Source: Candidatus Parcubacteria bacterium
Lineage (GTDB): Bacteria; Patescibacteriota; Minisyncoccia; Phycocordibacterales; CAIJYI01
Direction: 5' to 3'
NCBI GenBank assembly: GCA_026395595.1
Contig: JAPLYL010000001.1
Location: forward strand, 6,174-70,173
Length of the DNA stretch: 64,000 bases
Part shown: piece after piece, positions 25,186 to 34,838 of the stretch
Position numbering within the stretch: the first letter of the stretch is position 1
Layout: each line of letters begins with the position of its first letter
Notes under the pieces: model-generated
Told to the model about the DNA's origin: nothing
What the model saw: the letters and a program-made list of their open reading frames with translations, nothing else
The model's database searches: none
Made by a program: the position numbers and the translations under genes

Positions 25186-26022
25186 ATGTTCACTTTTATC
25201 AGTGTTGTTCTTATTATTCTTACTGTTTTTGCTCATGAATTTTTTGGACATGCCACGGCAATCCGCGATGCGGGCGCCCATGTCTCAAAAGTAGCGCTTG
25301 GACTTCCTTATGGGCCATATCTCTCCTTTTCTTTGAAAGGAAAATGGGCGGGTACGACTTTTGTCATTCATTATCTTTGTCCGTTCGGAGCCTTCACAGA
25401 ATATGACGGGCGAGAAGTCCGTTCGCTCCCCTACTGGCAACAATCGCGCATTCATGCAAGCGGGCCTTTTGTCAGCATCATGTTCGGATGCTTCCTTATC
25501 GTTCTTGCCGGATTCGTTGCCACAGCCGAACGCCCAGAAATATCACTCTGGTATTTTCCGCATCTTCCTCTCCTGATGAGTTCTCTCTGCTCTATTGTCT
25601 TTCTCGGGATGGTTCTGCGATTCGGCGGAAAAATACTTTTTACGTATGTCGCGCCCTGTATTCCGGTAGCGCTTTTCTTGTTTGTTGTTTATGGTCTTTT
25701 CTTTTCAGGAACAGGAGTAACGAGCCCGGTTGCCATTATTGGAACCGCCGGAAAAGTCTCCGAGCTTTCCGGAGCCGTTTTTTTTGCCGGAAACATCTCA
25801 GGAGTCGTCTTCGGTTTTCCCATGTTGCTCCCTCTCCGTATTTTTGGGATAGCCTTGGATGGCGAGCAGATATTGAGACCGCTGGTTGAAAAGCATATTC
25901 CTCAACTTCTCGGAGCGTTTGAATCCTTTGGAACGATGTTTTTCGGGATTCTCGTTTTATACGTTTCACAAAGAGAACTGGCCCCGATAGTTCTTCCTTT
26001 TTTGGAACGAATCTTCTCCTAA
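25186..26022 (+). CDS. Polytopic integral membrane protein with an HEFFGH motif (possible membrane metalloprotease-like protein).
   Basis: 278 aa with at least 6 predicted TM helices. The HExxxH spacing is not canonical HExxH, so the protease assignment is weak. Confidence 0.5.
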   Translation: MFTFISVVLIILTVFAHEFFGHATAIRDAGAHVSKVALGLPYGPYLSFSLKGKWAGTTFVIHYLCPFGAFTEYDGREVRSLPYWQQSRIHASGPFVSIMFGCFLIVLAGFVATAERPEISLWYFPHLPLLMSSLCSIVFLGMVLRFGGKILFTYVAPCIPVALFLFVVYGLFFSGTGVTSPVAIIGTAGKVSELSGAVFFAGNISGVVFGFPMLLPLRIFGIALDGEQILRPLVEKHIPQLLGAFESFGTMFFGILVLYVSQRELAPIVLPFLERIFS

Positions 26023-26224
26023 AACCACCATAAACCCGGTCTTTTTTGGCCGGGTTTTTCTGACCCAAAAAGTCTTTACAAAGAAAACAAGATATGGTAT
26101 ACCAAGGGCAGTTCCTTATTATTACGTCATTTTCACAGAAGAAAACGGCAAAATACTAAGGAAAATAATGGATTTTTGTACATTGATAAGGGATTTTTTT
26201 ACTATATGAAGTAAGGAGGTTTAC

Positions 26225-27652
26225 ATGTCCAAACGTACACCGTTTGATAAATACTTAGCTCAATTGGAAAATGCAGCTACCGTTTTGAATTTGGATCCCC
26301 GTATCCTTGAGCGCCTGAAAATTCCGGCATTGCTCATACGAGGAAAAGTTAAAATAGAAATGGATGACAGCACTTTCAAGGAATTCAACGTATTCCGTTG
26401 CCAGCATAATCACGCTCGCGGCCCAACCCAAGGCGGTACCCGTTTTGACCCCGCAGTCTGCGAATCAGAAGTAAAATTCTTGGCCGCAATGATGACTATG
26501 AAAAATACGATAGACCAGATTTTGAACGGCGGTGGCAAGGGCGGTATCTGCGTAGACAAAATTCCGCTTTCTCTCGGTGAAGGCGAACGTCTCTGTCGCG
26601 GTTATACCAGAACTATCCACCCATGGATCGGTCCTCGTCGCGATGGCCCTGCGCCTGATGTAAACACCGGCGGACAAGAAATGGCATGGTTCCTTGATGA
26701 GCAAGAAAGACTCGCGGGAGAACACTGCTTCGGCGCTTTCACGGGTAAACCTCTTGTTTTAGGAGGCTCACTCGGACGCGGCGACGCAACTGCGCTTGGC
26801 GCGGTATACGCATCAGAAGCAATGATCAAACAACTTGGCCTGAAAGGCGGTTTAAGTATTTCTATCCAAGGATTTGGTAATGCCGGCGATTTTTATGCCA
26901 AGTTGATGTCTGAAGAAAAACACGGCGGTCACAAAATCGTTTCTGTTTCAGACAGAAGCGGTGTGATCTACAAAGCCGATGGTTTTGATTATACCGACCT
27001 GCATAATTTCTGCTACAAAAACGGTAAAAAAGTCCGTAAAGTCACTGAGTATCCTTATAAAGACGTTCTGACTTCAGAAGAAGCGGAATTGCTTTCTTTG
27101 ACGGCTGATATTTTTGCACCGGCAGCGTTTGAAGATAAGATTGATGCGGCTATGGCTCGCGCGATCAAATCAAAATTCATCGTGGAACTTGCTAATGGCC
27201 CTTGCACAGAAGAAGCGGATGCCATCCTTGCTGAACGCGGCGTGGAAATCATTCCTGACATCTATGCATCAGGAGGCGGTGTTCGAGTATCGGCAGCTGA
27301 AAAAATCCAAGGTTTGGAAAATCAAAAATGGACAGCGGAACGCGTTGCTGAATGGTTAAAAACACGTATGTTCCAGGCATTTGAAGACCTGGTCAAAGTT
27401 CGGGAAGAGTATCATTTGAAATCATTCCGAGAAGCGGCAATGGTCTTCGCGGTTCGTGAAGTTGCAGAAGCCATGACCTGGCGCGGCGGTTTTGATTATC
27501 CTTACGGCGAAGTGATAGACGTAGAACCTGTCGTGGTCTGTAAAGACCTGGCAAAAAGAGATAACTTGCGTTATGTCTCTGCCCTCAACGACAAGGTCAA
27601 AAAATTCGTTTACGACTTTGACACAAAAAAAACAATAGAGATTTCTGAATAA
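26225..27652 (+). CDS. Glu/Leu/Phe/Val dehydrogenase family (glutamate dehydrogenase-like), paralog 1.
   Basis: Catalytic lysine/glycine-rich motif NGGGKGGICVDK and the NAD(P)-binding GFGNAG motif. Confidence 0.85.
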   Translation: MSKRTPFDKYLAQLENAATVLNLDPRILERLKIPALLIRGKVKIEMDDSTFKEFNVFRCQHNHARGPTQGGTRFDPAVCESEVKFLAAMMTMKNTIDQILNGGGKGGICVDKIPLSLGEGERLCRGYTRTIHPWIGPRRDGPAPDVNTGGQEMAWFLDEQERLAGEHCFGAFTGKPLVLGGSLGRGDATALGAVYASEAMIKQLGLKGGLSISIQGFGNAGDFYAKLMSEEKHGGHKIVSVSDRSGVIYKADGFDYTDLHNFCYKNGKKVRKVTEYPYKDVLTSEEAELLSLTADIFAPAAFEDKIDAAMARAIKSKFIVELANGPCTEEADAILAERGVEIIPDIYASGGGVRVSAAEKIQGLENQKWTAERVAEWLKTRMFQAFEDLVKVREEYHLKSFREAAMVFAVREVAEAMTWRGGFDYPYGEVIDVEPVVVCKDLAKRDNLRYVSALNDKVKKFVYDFDTKKTIEISE

Positions 27653-27688
27653 GGCTTCTGCCTATCAAAAAAAGACTCTTATAACCAA

Positions 27689-27718
27689 CGCCCCGGAGCA
27701 ATCCGGGGCGTATTTTAT
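27689..27718 (+). terminator. Rho-independent terminator (CGCCCCGGA gcaa TCCGGGGCG + TATTTTA).
   Basis: A 9-bp GC stem followed by a T-rich tract. Confidence 0.6.
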
Positions 27719-27763
27719 TATCCATTATCCAAGGTCGGACCTTAGTTATTTTTTAGGCCTATG

Positions 27764-28591
27764 TTATGCGGTTTTTGTATTTTTGGTTTTGAGAAATTCC
27801 ATTGCACCCCATATTCCGCCGATACTATGAAGTTCCGCTTTTTTGATGGGAGGGATTACGGGGAATATCTTCAAAATATCTTTCAAATAATTTTCGGTCA
27901 GGGGGAGAGAAATGCCGATCTCTTTCATCATGGAACCGCCGACAACGACGACATCAGGAGACCACATGACGATAACATTATTCAGCACATAGGCCAGCTT
28001 GCGCGCTTTATCATTCCAAAAAGCGGGATCTATCACTTCATACGGTTTTCTTCCGGTAGATTCTTCCAAAGATTTTCCTGAGAGAATATCAGACGCATAT
28101 TTCTGCCCTTCGGCAAGAGAAAGCACCTGCCAGCCCGGTTCAAATCCGTAAGCATTAGCGTCTATCGTATTTTTTATGATACGCGCACCGCCGACGCCGG
28201 TTGAGACTGTGATGTAAGCGACAATATCGGAACCTTTTCCTGCGCCATGAGTTGCCTCTCCAAGCCCAACGAGAGCGGAATCATTTTCCAAAAACACCGT
28301 GGTTTTCATTGCTTTAGAGAGGTCTTCCTGAAAAGGCTTTCCGTCCCATGCAGGGAAATTCATTCCGCCAATGAGAGAATGCGTCTTTTTTTCTACCGGA
28401 CATCCTATCCCTCCTGCTACTGACTCAATAGCGCTTTCGCCTGAAATTTCTTTTGCCGTACTTGCAACAAGATGAATCGTTTCTTCATACCCTTTCGGTG
28501 TGTCAAAGATTTTTGGCTCAAGAAATGACTCGAGATCCAATGAACCGGCAACGCGCGTTTTTGTTTTTCCGATATCAAAAAGTATGTACAT
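27764..28591 (-). CDS. ROK/BadF-type sugar kinase family protein (glucokinase-like).
   Basis: N-terminus MYILFDIGKTKTRVA (phosphate-1 motif) and VAYITVSTGVGGARII (ROK-like). It lies next to pgi and the sugar cluster. Confidence 0.6.
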   Translation of the reverse strand: MYILFDIGKTKTRVAGSLDLESFLEPKIFDTPKGYEETIHLVASTAKEISGESAIESVAGGIGCPVEKKTHSLIGGMNFPAWDGKPFQEDLSKAMKTTVFLENDSALVGLGEATHGAGKGSDIVAYITVSTGVGGARIIKNTIDANAYGFEPGWQVLSLAEGQKYASDILSGKSLEESTGRKPYEVIDPAFWNDKARKLAYVLNNVIVMWSPDVVVVGGSMMKEIGISLPLTENYLKDILKIFPVIPPIKKAELHSIGGIWGAMEFLKTKNTKTA

Positions 28592-28674
28592 ACATTTAGA
28601 ATAAAGAATAAAGGAAAAAGTAACAAGGAAGAGCTCTCGTACTTTTAACTCCTTTTTTGCTTATTGCTTGTTTC

Positions 28675-30012
28675 TTATTGCTTTTTTAATAATTCTCTCG
28701 CCGCTTTTTTATATCCTTCCACTTCCGGTTGTCCAAACGGATCTACTCCCCACAAATTTCCCAAAAATACCGTTTCCATCATTTTTAGCATGAAATACTG
28801 CCCGAGATAATACTCGTTTATTTGCGGCAAAACCGTTTCAACAAAAGGAAGTTCTTTTTCTTTGTATGATTCCATTGTCCCTCCAAGAATTGACGCCATA
28901 ATCTTTTGAAAATCTTTTGAAGCAATATCGGGAACAAGGGTTTCAAAAGGAGAAGAAGGCGGGATGGAAATATATTTTTCTCCAAAATCGGTTGAGTAAA
29001 TAAAGTTTGTGAATTTATCTTTTGGACCTCCCAAGTACAATTGTACCATAGAGTGCAAATCAACGGTCCCGAGAGACACTAGAGGGGTCATACCCGCATA
29101 CGCTTCATTTCCTTTTTTGTCATATTTTTTTCCAAGGCTTTCAGCGAAAAGCTGTCTTCCCCATTTTCCGACAGACTCCAATTCCGTGTGAAAAAAGAAA
29201 TGGTTATAGATGTTTAGATTTTTTTTATGAGACAAATAATCTATTACCGAGGAGGTAAGAGCGGGGTTTTCCGTCAAAGAGTCTGAGAGAAAAGCACCCC
29301 TCAAAGAAAGCCCTCCGGCAATAAATTCTGAAACATTGACTCCCGCCAACATGAGTGGAAAAACCCCAACGGGAGAAAAAACAGAATACCTTCCACCGAC
29401 ATTTTTCGGCACGGGAAGAACATTCATTTCTTTTTCCAGCGCAAGTTTCCAAAATAAAGAATTTTCATCCGTGGTTATCACGACGCGAGATAAAGCTTCT
29501 TTTTCTCCAAACTTGGAAGAAAGCGTTTCAAACAAAACCATAGCATTGGCAATGGTTTCCACCGTGGAACCGGATTTCGTAATGACATTCAAAATAACTT
29601 CTTTTGAGTCATGAATGTTTTCTTCAATAACTTTCTTAAGGATTTCCATTTCCCGGGGGTTATTCGTGTCTGAAAACAGCATTTTAGGAGACCGAGGAAG
29701 CAGTATCTCAAATTTCGGAAAGATAGCATCGTACACCGCCTGCGCCCCGAGATTTGAACCGCCGATGCCGACAACGATAATATATTTTAACGGGTTACCT
29801 AAAAATTTCCCCGCCATTTCTTCCGTTTTTTGGAAAAGTTTTTTGTCGTCAGGCAACAATAAAAACGATTCAGGAACGTCATACGTTCTTTTTTCAACGA
29901 CTTCTTTGAGAAACCCGAGATAATTGGAAAGAAGCGGAACGACAGAAGACACTTCCTCCTCTGAGATACGCGCAGTATCTTTGTATTTGATGGTTATGGT
30001 GTTTTGAGACAT
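28675..30012 (-). CDS. pgi: Glucose-6-phosphate isomerase.
   Basis: IIVVGIGGSNLGAQAV and GGRYSVFSPVG motifs. Start at ATG 30012 (MSQNTITIKYK). Confidence 0.85.
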   Translation of the reverse strand: MSQNTITIKYKDTARISEEEVSSVVPLLSNYLGFLKEVVEKRTYDVPESFLLLPDDKKLFQKTEEMAGKFLGNPLKYIIVVGIGGSNLGAQAVYDAIFPKFEILLPRSPKMLFSDTNNPREMEILKKVIEENIHDSKEVILNVITKSGSTVETIANAMVLFETLSSKFGEKEALSRVVITTDENSLFWKLALEKEMNVLPVPKNVGGRYSVFSPVGVFPLMLAGVNVSEFIAGGLSLRGAFLSDSLTENPALTSSVIDYLSHKKNLNIYNHFFFHTELESVGKWGRQLFAESLGKKYDKKGNEAYAGMTPLVSLGTVDLHSMVQLYLGGPKDKFTNFIYSTDFGEKYISIPPSSPFETLVPDIASKDFQKIMASILGGTMESYKEKELPFVETVLPQINEYYLGQYFMLKMMETVFLGNLWGVDPFGQPEVEGYKKAARELLKKQ

Positions 30013-30020
30013 GTTTTTAT

Positions 30021-30127
30021 AAAATTTCCAATTACCAATTTCAAATTTCCAATAAAAATCCAAATTTGATATAAAACGTCATTTCTTTCGTTCGTTTGGA
30101 AATTTGAAATTAGATATTTGAAATTTT
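30021..30127. repeat. AT-rich inverted repeat (~31-bp arms built from TTGGAAATT/GAAATTG units) immediately 5' of the pgi start codon. The proximal arm is near-identical to the dnaG leader.
   Basis: Arm 30021-30053 is the reverse complement of arm 30096-30127, with about 3 mismatches. Confidence 0.6.
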
Positions 30128-30134
30128 TTATTAA

Positions 30135-31370
30135 CTATCCCCTTCCTCTCGCAATCATTGCTTCCGATATTCTGGAAAGAGCAATAATATATGCCGAATT
30201 CCTTACGGTTGTTTTTTTCTCATTACTGACTTTCCACACTTCATCAAAAGAAGTCCTCATGATTTTTTCCAATTTTTGAAGCACCTCTTTTTCTTCCCAA
30301 TAATACCCGTACGCGTTTTGCACCTGTTCAAAATAGGACACCGCGACACCCCCCGCATTCGTCAGAATATCAGGAAGAACCATAACATTATTTTTTTCAA
30401 ACACGATATCCGCTTCAGGAGTTACCGGCCCATTGGCGAGTTCCGCCACCAGCTTTGTTTTGAGAGTCTGCGCGTCTTTTTCCGTAACAGAGTTTTCAAG
30501 CGCGGCAGGAATAAAAATGTCAACTTCCTCTGCGAACTGTTCTGTGGAAGTAATATCTTTCGCTTTCGGATACCCAGAGAGCATTCCTTTTTCGTCTTTG
30601 TATTTGGCAACATCGTCAACGTCCAAACCCTCTTTATTTTCTATAACACCTTTAGAGTCGGAAACGGAAATAATCTTGTATCCTGCCTTCTGCATAATCA
30701 TTGCGACGTTTCTTCCCGCGTTTCCAAAGCCCTGAATGGCAACCGTCGCGCCTTTTTCAATGCCAAGTTTTTTTGCCGCAGAATCAATAACGTAAAAACC
30801 TCCTTGTGCCGTGGAATAAGAACGGGCTTTTGATCCGCCAAGAGAAAGCGGTTTTCCGGTAATGACTCCCGCCTCATGGTGTCCTCTTATCGTTTCATAT
30901 TCGTCCAGCATCCAGCTCATAATCCTTCCGTCGGTGTTGACATCCGGAGCGGGCACATCAACACGATCGCCGATAATACCGGAAACGGCGCGGATATAAC
31001 CGCGGGAAAGTCTTTCCAGTTCTCCGACAGAAAGTTCTTTCGGATTTACGATGATACCGCCCTTTCCCCCTCCAAGAGGAATATCCACCACCGCGCATTT
31101 GAATGCCATCCATGCAGAAAGCGCTTTTACTTCGCCGATATTAACGTTTTGATGAAACCGAATTCCTCCTTTAAACGGCCCGCGCGCATCGTTATATTGA
31201 GACCGATACCCGGTGAAAACTTTCACTTCACCATTGTCCATTTTAACAGGAATGGATACCTCTAAAAAACGCTTCACCGACAACATTTGCCGATAGATAT
31301 TTTCAGGAATATCTAAAAACTGTCTCGTACCTTCTATCTGTCGTAAAAACTTATCAAATTCGTTTTGCAT
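30135..31370 (-). CDS. Glu/Leu/Phe/Val dehydrogenase family, paralog 2.
   Basis: GGGKGGIIVNPKELS and GFGNAG motifs. Start at ATG 31370 (MQNEFDKFLRQIEG). Confidence 0.85.
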   Translation of the reverse strand: MQNEFDKFLRQIEGTRQFLDIPENIYRQMLSVKRFLEVSIPVKMDNGEVKVFTGYRSQYNDARGPFKGGIRFHQNVNIGEVKALSAWMAFKCAVVDIPLGGGKGGIIVNPKELSVGELERLSRGYIRAVSGIIGDRVDVPAPDVNTDGRIMSWMLDEYETIRGHHEAGVITGKPLSLGGSKARSYSTAQGGFYVIDSAAKKLGIEKGATVAIQGFGNAGRNVAMIMQKAGYKIISVSDSKGVIENKEGLDVDDVAKYKDEKGMLSGYPKAKDITSTEQFAEEVDIFIPAALENSVTEKDAQTLKTKLVAELANGPVTPEADIVFEKNNVMVLPDILTNAGGVAVSYFEQVQNAYGYYWEEKEVLQKLEKIMRTSFDEVWKVSNEKKTTVRNSAYIIALSRISEAMIARGRG

Positions 31371-31480
31371 ACTTGTAAAAATAAAATAGTAAAAAGTCTT
31401 CTTATTATAGCAAAAATAAGAAAAGTATGAAAACAATGAGTTTCCATACTTTTTACAACTCGACAAAAAAAGAAAAGATG

Positions 31481-33505
31481 CTAGATGTTTTCTTTTTCAG
31501 TATCTGCCTTTATGTTTCTATCAACAATAAGATTGCAGGCTTTGCAGATACCGAGTTCTTCCATCTTTTCCAGATAAGCGATTACGGCGAGTACGTATTC
31601 GGAATGACTCCAAGTAAGCGGAGCGGCAGAAATTTGGGCTTTGGTATACGGATTCAGCTGTTCAGAAAGCACCCCCGTCGGAAGAGCCACCCCAACAACC
31701 CAATCAAACCATTGCTTCACACGCTCAAAATCTTTTTCGTTCCGAGCTGTCGCAATATAATACTGTACCAGCCAAAGAGTCGTGACGAACCATGGATTTC
31801 CGGGAACATCATGACCGAGACGATAATAATTATCTCCCTCATACCGAGCGATTCCTCCCGAATACCGGGCGCAAAAAAGCCGTTCTTCAGTAATACCGAA
31901 AGCTTTCCTGAGACGCGGATCATCAGGAGGAAGTACTCCGAAACGGAACATTCCATAGACGCTGGAAATATCCAGCGTATCATCATTGATGTTTTTTCCC
32001 GAAACGCGATTAAAGAGTTTCCTGAAAGTTCCCGTTTCTTCATTATAAAGGTATTTCAGTATCCCCTTCTTTATTTCTTCAGCAATATCGCGATATTTTT
32101 TCTCATGTTCTTTTTTACCTAAAAGACCGGAAAAATTAGCAGCCGAGATAAGTGCTCCGTAGACAGAAGCACAGGTAAAAGTGGAAACGCCGAGCTTTTC
32201 TTCCCAGAGATCGTAACTTCGTTTCGGGAGACCCGTCTCTTTATCCCGATAGAGGGACATAAAATTCGCCGCTTTCTCGATGAAAGAATTATAAATTTCT
32301 TCAACAAACTCAAGATCCTTAGTAAGTTTGTAGTGATCCCAAAGAGCATAGAGAACAAGAGCTGTTTCGTCTTCTTGTATCGGAAGCTGCGCTTCCCCTT
32401 CTTTGGTCACCCATGGATGCCAAGAACTTCCCAGCGAACCGTCAGGCCGATATTTGTGCATGAAAAATCCATCATTCGTAAGCGCGTCATTGCAAAAGGA
32501 AAAAAACTTTCTCGCGATGTAGGAATCGCCGGAACGGTCAAGCGCCATAATAGTAAAAGCCCCGTCTCTCGGCCACATATAGCTGTATGTATCGCGGCCA
32601 TACTGAAGCATATCGGAATCTCCTGAAGCGATAACGGCGCCACTGGAATCAACATGGGAACGGATAATAAAAAGAGATCTCTTGAACAGGTTTATCATAT
32701 CTTGCGTAAGTCCATAAAAACTGAAACCCTCGCGATTCACCCAAGCCGTCCAATAGTTCGTAGTGGAACGAATAAGATGTCCAGGAGATTTTTCAAGAAC
32801 ATAATTATTCAAATCAGACACTTCCGGAATGTTCTTGCCGACGGCTACCCAATAATAAACGTTTTGTTCTTCTTGAGAATCCAGCTCCAAATGAAAAGAA
32901 AGAACGGAATCAGTCAGTCCGTGTTCTATCGGATTTTTGGAAAGAACGCCATCCTCCGCGTCGCGATAACTTCCATCTTTGCCTTCCATACGATATATGC
33001 CGGTCGTATAATCATCTATTCCTCCTTTTTCGGTAAAACCGTTCGCGAGAAAAACTCTTCTTCCTTCATAATGAATTACGGAGTGACTGAGAGGGTCATA
33101 ATATCCGGTATCTTGGCGTCCGGATTGGTAGATATTCCACTCCTGACAGAAAAAAATCTTTATGGCCGTTCTTCTCGGAACTTCATTCCGCACCATCACC
33201 TGACGGAGAAATATATTTTTTTCATTGTATACGGCATCGGTAAAAACGAGGGTAACGCCAAGAACTTTATTTTTTGCAACAATATGGCTTACATGCGTTT
33301 CTTTAACGCAACGCAGATCTATATTCCAATTCGGATCAGAAAGCCAACTCATCCCTCCATCCACAAAAACCCCAATGCGATGAAGAGCATCTTTCCCGAT
33401 ATGATTTTCCATTCCAACATGGGGGTAGTACAAGTCGGTCACTTGACCGTACTTGTCAAAACAAACCAGCATGTTTCCATTCCCAAGAGTAAGAGATTTT
33501 GGCAT
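31481..33505 (-). CDS. Glycoside hydrolase family 15 (glucoamylase/glucodextranase-like) protein.
   Basis: 674 aa. N-terminus MPKSLTLGNGNMLVCFDKYGQVTDLYYPHVG and an (alpha/alpha)6-barrel-type composition are typical of bacterial GH15. Confidence 0.65.
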   Translation of the reverse strand: MPKSLTLGNGNMLVCFDKYGQVTDLYYPHVGMENHIGKDALHRIGVFVDGGMSWLSDPNWNIDLRCVKETHVSHIVAKNKVLGVTLVFTDAVYNEKNIFLRQVMVRNEVPRRTAIKIFFCQEWNIYQSGRQDTGYYDPLSHSVIHYEGRRVFLANGFTEKGGIDDYTTGIYRMEGKDGSYRDAEDGVLSKNPIEHGLTDSVLSFHLELDSQEEQNVYYWVAVGKNIPEVSDLNNYVLEKSPGHLIRSTTNYWTAWVNREGFSFYGLTQDMINLFKRSLFIIRSHVDSSGAVIASGDSDMLQYGRDTYSYMWPRDGAFTIMALDRSGDSYIARKFFSFCNDALTNDGFFMHKYRPDGSLGSSWHPWVTKEGEAQLPIQEDETALVLYALWDHYKLTKDLEFVEEIYNSFIEKAANFMSLYRDKETGLPKRSYDLWEEKLGVSTFTCASVYGALISAANFSGLLGKKEHEKKYRDIAEEIKKGILKYLYNEETGTFRKLFNRVSGKNINDDTLDISSVYGMFRFGVLPPDDPRLRKAFGITEERLFCARYSGGIARYEGDNYYRLGHDVPGNPWFVTTLWLVQYYIATARNEKDFERVKQWFDWVVGVALPTGVLSEQLNPYTKAQISAAPLTWSHSEYVLAVIAYLEKMEELGICKACNLIVDRNIKADTEKENI

Positions 33506-33598
33506 GTCGTAAATTACAAATTAAAAGATATAAATATAGTATACACCGTTATGTAAAAAAAGATTTCAAAAAGTGTGTATAAACGAGCATTAAAAAAT

Positions 33599-34801
33599 TT
33601 AATGACATAGTTTTCCATAAAGAGCCGCGCATTTTCCTGCTGCGACAGACCATGAATTTTTCTTTACTTCCTGATATCCGTTTATTCGAAGATTCTCAGA
33701 GAGCGAAGAGTGGTCAAGCGTTGAAATGATCTTATCCGCGATATCATCAATATCCCAGAAATCGACTTTTAGAGCGTGATTCAATACCTCTGAAACTCCG
33801 GATTGATTGGAGATAAGGACAGGAGTTCCATTCGCCAAAGATTCCAAAGGGGTAATGCCAAAGGGTTCTGAAATGGAAGGCATGATGTACAGATCTGCCG
33901 ATTGATACACGCTGTTAAGTTCATCACCTCTCAAGAAACCTGCGAAAAAAATTTTATCGCTTATTCCCTCGCTGGCGGCTTGGCGTATCATTTGGTATTC
34001 CATATCTCCGGAACCGGAAACAACAAACATGGTTTTCGGACGATATTCAAGAACCCTTTTTGCGGCACGAATAAAATAATCCGGACCTTTTTGCATCGTA
34101 ATGCGCCCGACAAACAAAACAATCTTATTGCCCGCATCCTTTAATTCTTTCAACCGCGAAGGAAGTTTTTTTATGTCTTCAAGGTCAATACCGTTGTGCA
34201 CCACCGTAATTTTTTCAGGAACAACCCCGTATTTTGAGACAAGAATATCTTTTGTCCATTGAGAAACAGCAATAACCGCATCAGATGCCGCCAGACCTGC
34301 GCGCTCAATGGCATATACTTCTTCATTTACTCCGTTTCCTCCCGTTCGGTCAAATTCAGTAGCGTGAACATGGACAACAAGGGGTTTCCCTGTCGCTTTT
34401 TTTGCTTCTATTCCGGCGAGATAGGCAAGCCAGTCATGCGCATGAATAACATCGCAATTTTCAGACAAAGCAATTGCGCCCGCTTTTTTTGCGTATCGTT
34501 TTACCTCCTCCATAAGAGAACACCCATATACGCTGTCTTGATGCGTTTGATATTCGTCATTGTATTTTTCTCCAACAACGTAGGGATATAAAAGCGAATC
34601 AATGTGTTGTATTTTTATGCTTCCGATATCCGCAAAAACCATTTTAGTAAAACCGGAATTAACCGGGACTTTTTTTGGCAGAACAAAAATGATTTCAGTA
34701 TCGCGAGAAAGCGCCCTCGTTAAACCAAAACAAGCCGTTCCTAAACCGCCGCTATTGTGCGGAGGAAATTCCCACCCAAACATAAGTACTTTTAATGCCA
34801 T
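33599..34801 (-). CDS. Glycosyltransferase family 4 (GT-B fold; glycogen-synthase-like).
   Basis: N-terminus FGWEFPPHNSGGLGTACFGLTRAL, and the C-terminal E-x7-E region is typical of GT4. Confidence 0.7.
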   Translation of the reverse strand: MALKVLMFGWEFPPHNSGGLGTACFGLTRALSRDTEIIFVLPKKVPVNSGFTKMVFADIGSIKIQHIDSLLYPYVVGEKYNDEYQTHQDSVYGCSLMEEVKRYAKKAGAIALSENCDVIHAHDWLAYLAGIEAKKATGKPLVVHVHATEFDRTGGNGVNEEVYAIERAGLAASDAVIAVSQWTKDILVSKYGVVPEKITVVHNGIDLEDIKKLPSRLKELKDAGNKIVLFVGRITMQKGPDYFIRAAKRVLEYRPKTMFVVSGSGDMEYQMIRQAASEGISDKIFFAGFLRGDELNSVYQSADLYIMPSISEPFGITPLESLANGTPVLISNQSGVSEVLNHALKVDFWDIDDIADKIISTLDHSSLSENLRINGYQEVKKNSWSVAAGKCAALYGKLCH

Positions 34802-34838
34802 ATTTATTTTTTCTCTCCGCGTATTTTACGCAATAAAA

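Noticed and set aside
30021-30127. AT-rich short repeats (TTGGAAATT units) and the GATTTAG repeats at 39570-39647, considered as a possible CRISPR array.
   Set aside because: There are no regularly spaced identical direct repeats with unique spacers. They are inverted repeats only tens of nt long, with no cas genes nearby.
31427-33556. Plus-strand ORFs 31427..32122, 32333..32626 and 32654..33556 opposite the GH15 gene.
   Set aside because: They are antisense to a 674-aa gene with clear family features, and no independent signals support them.
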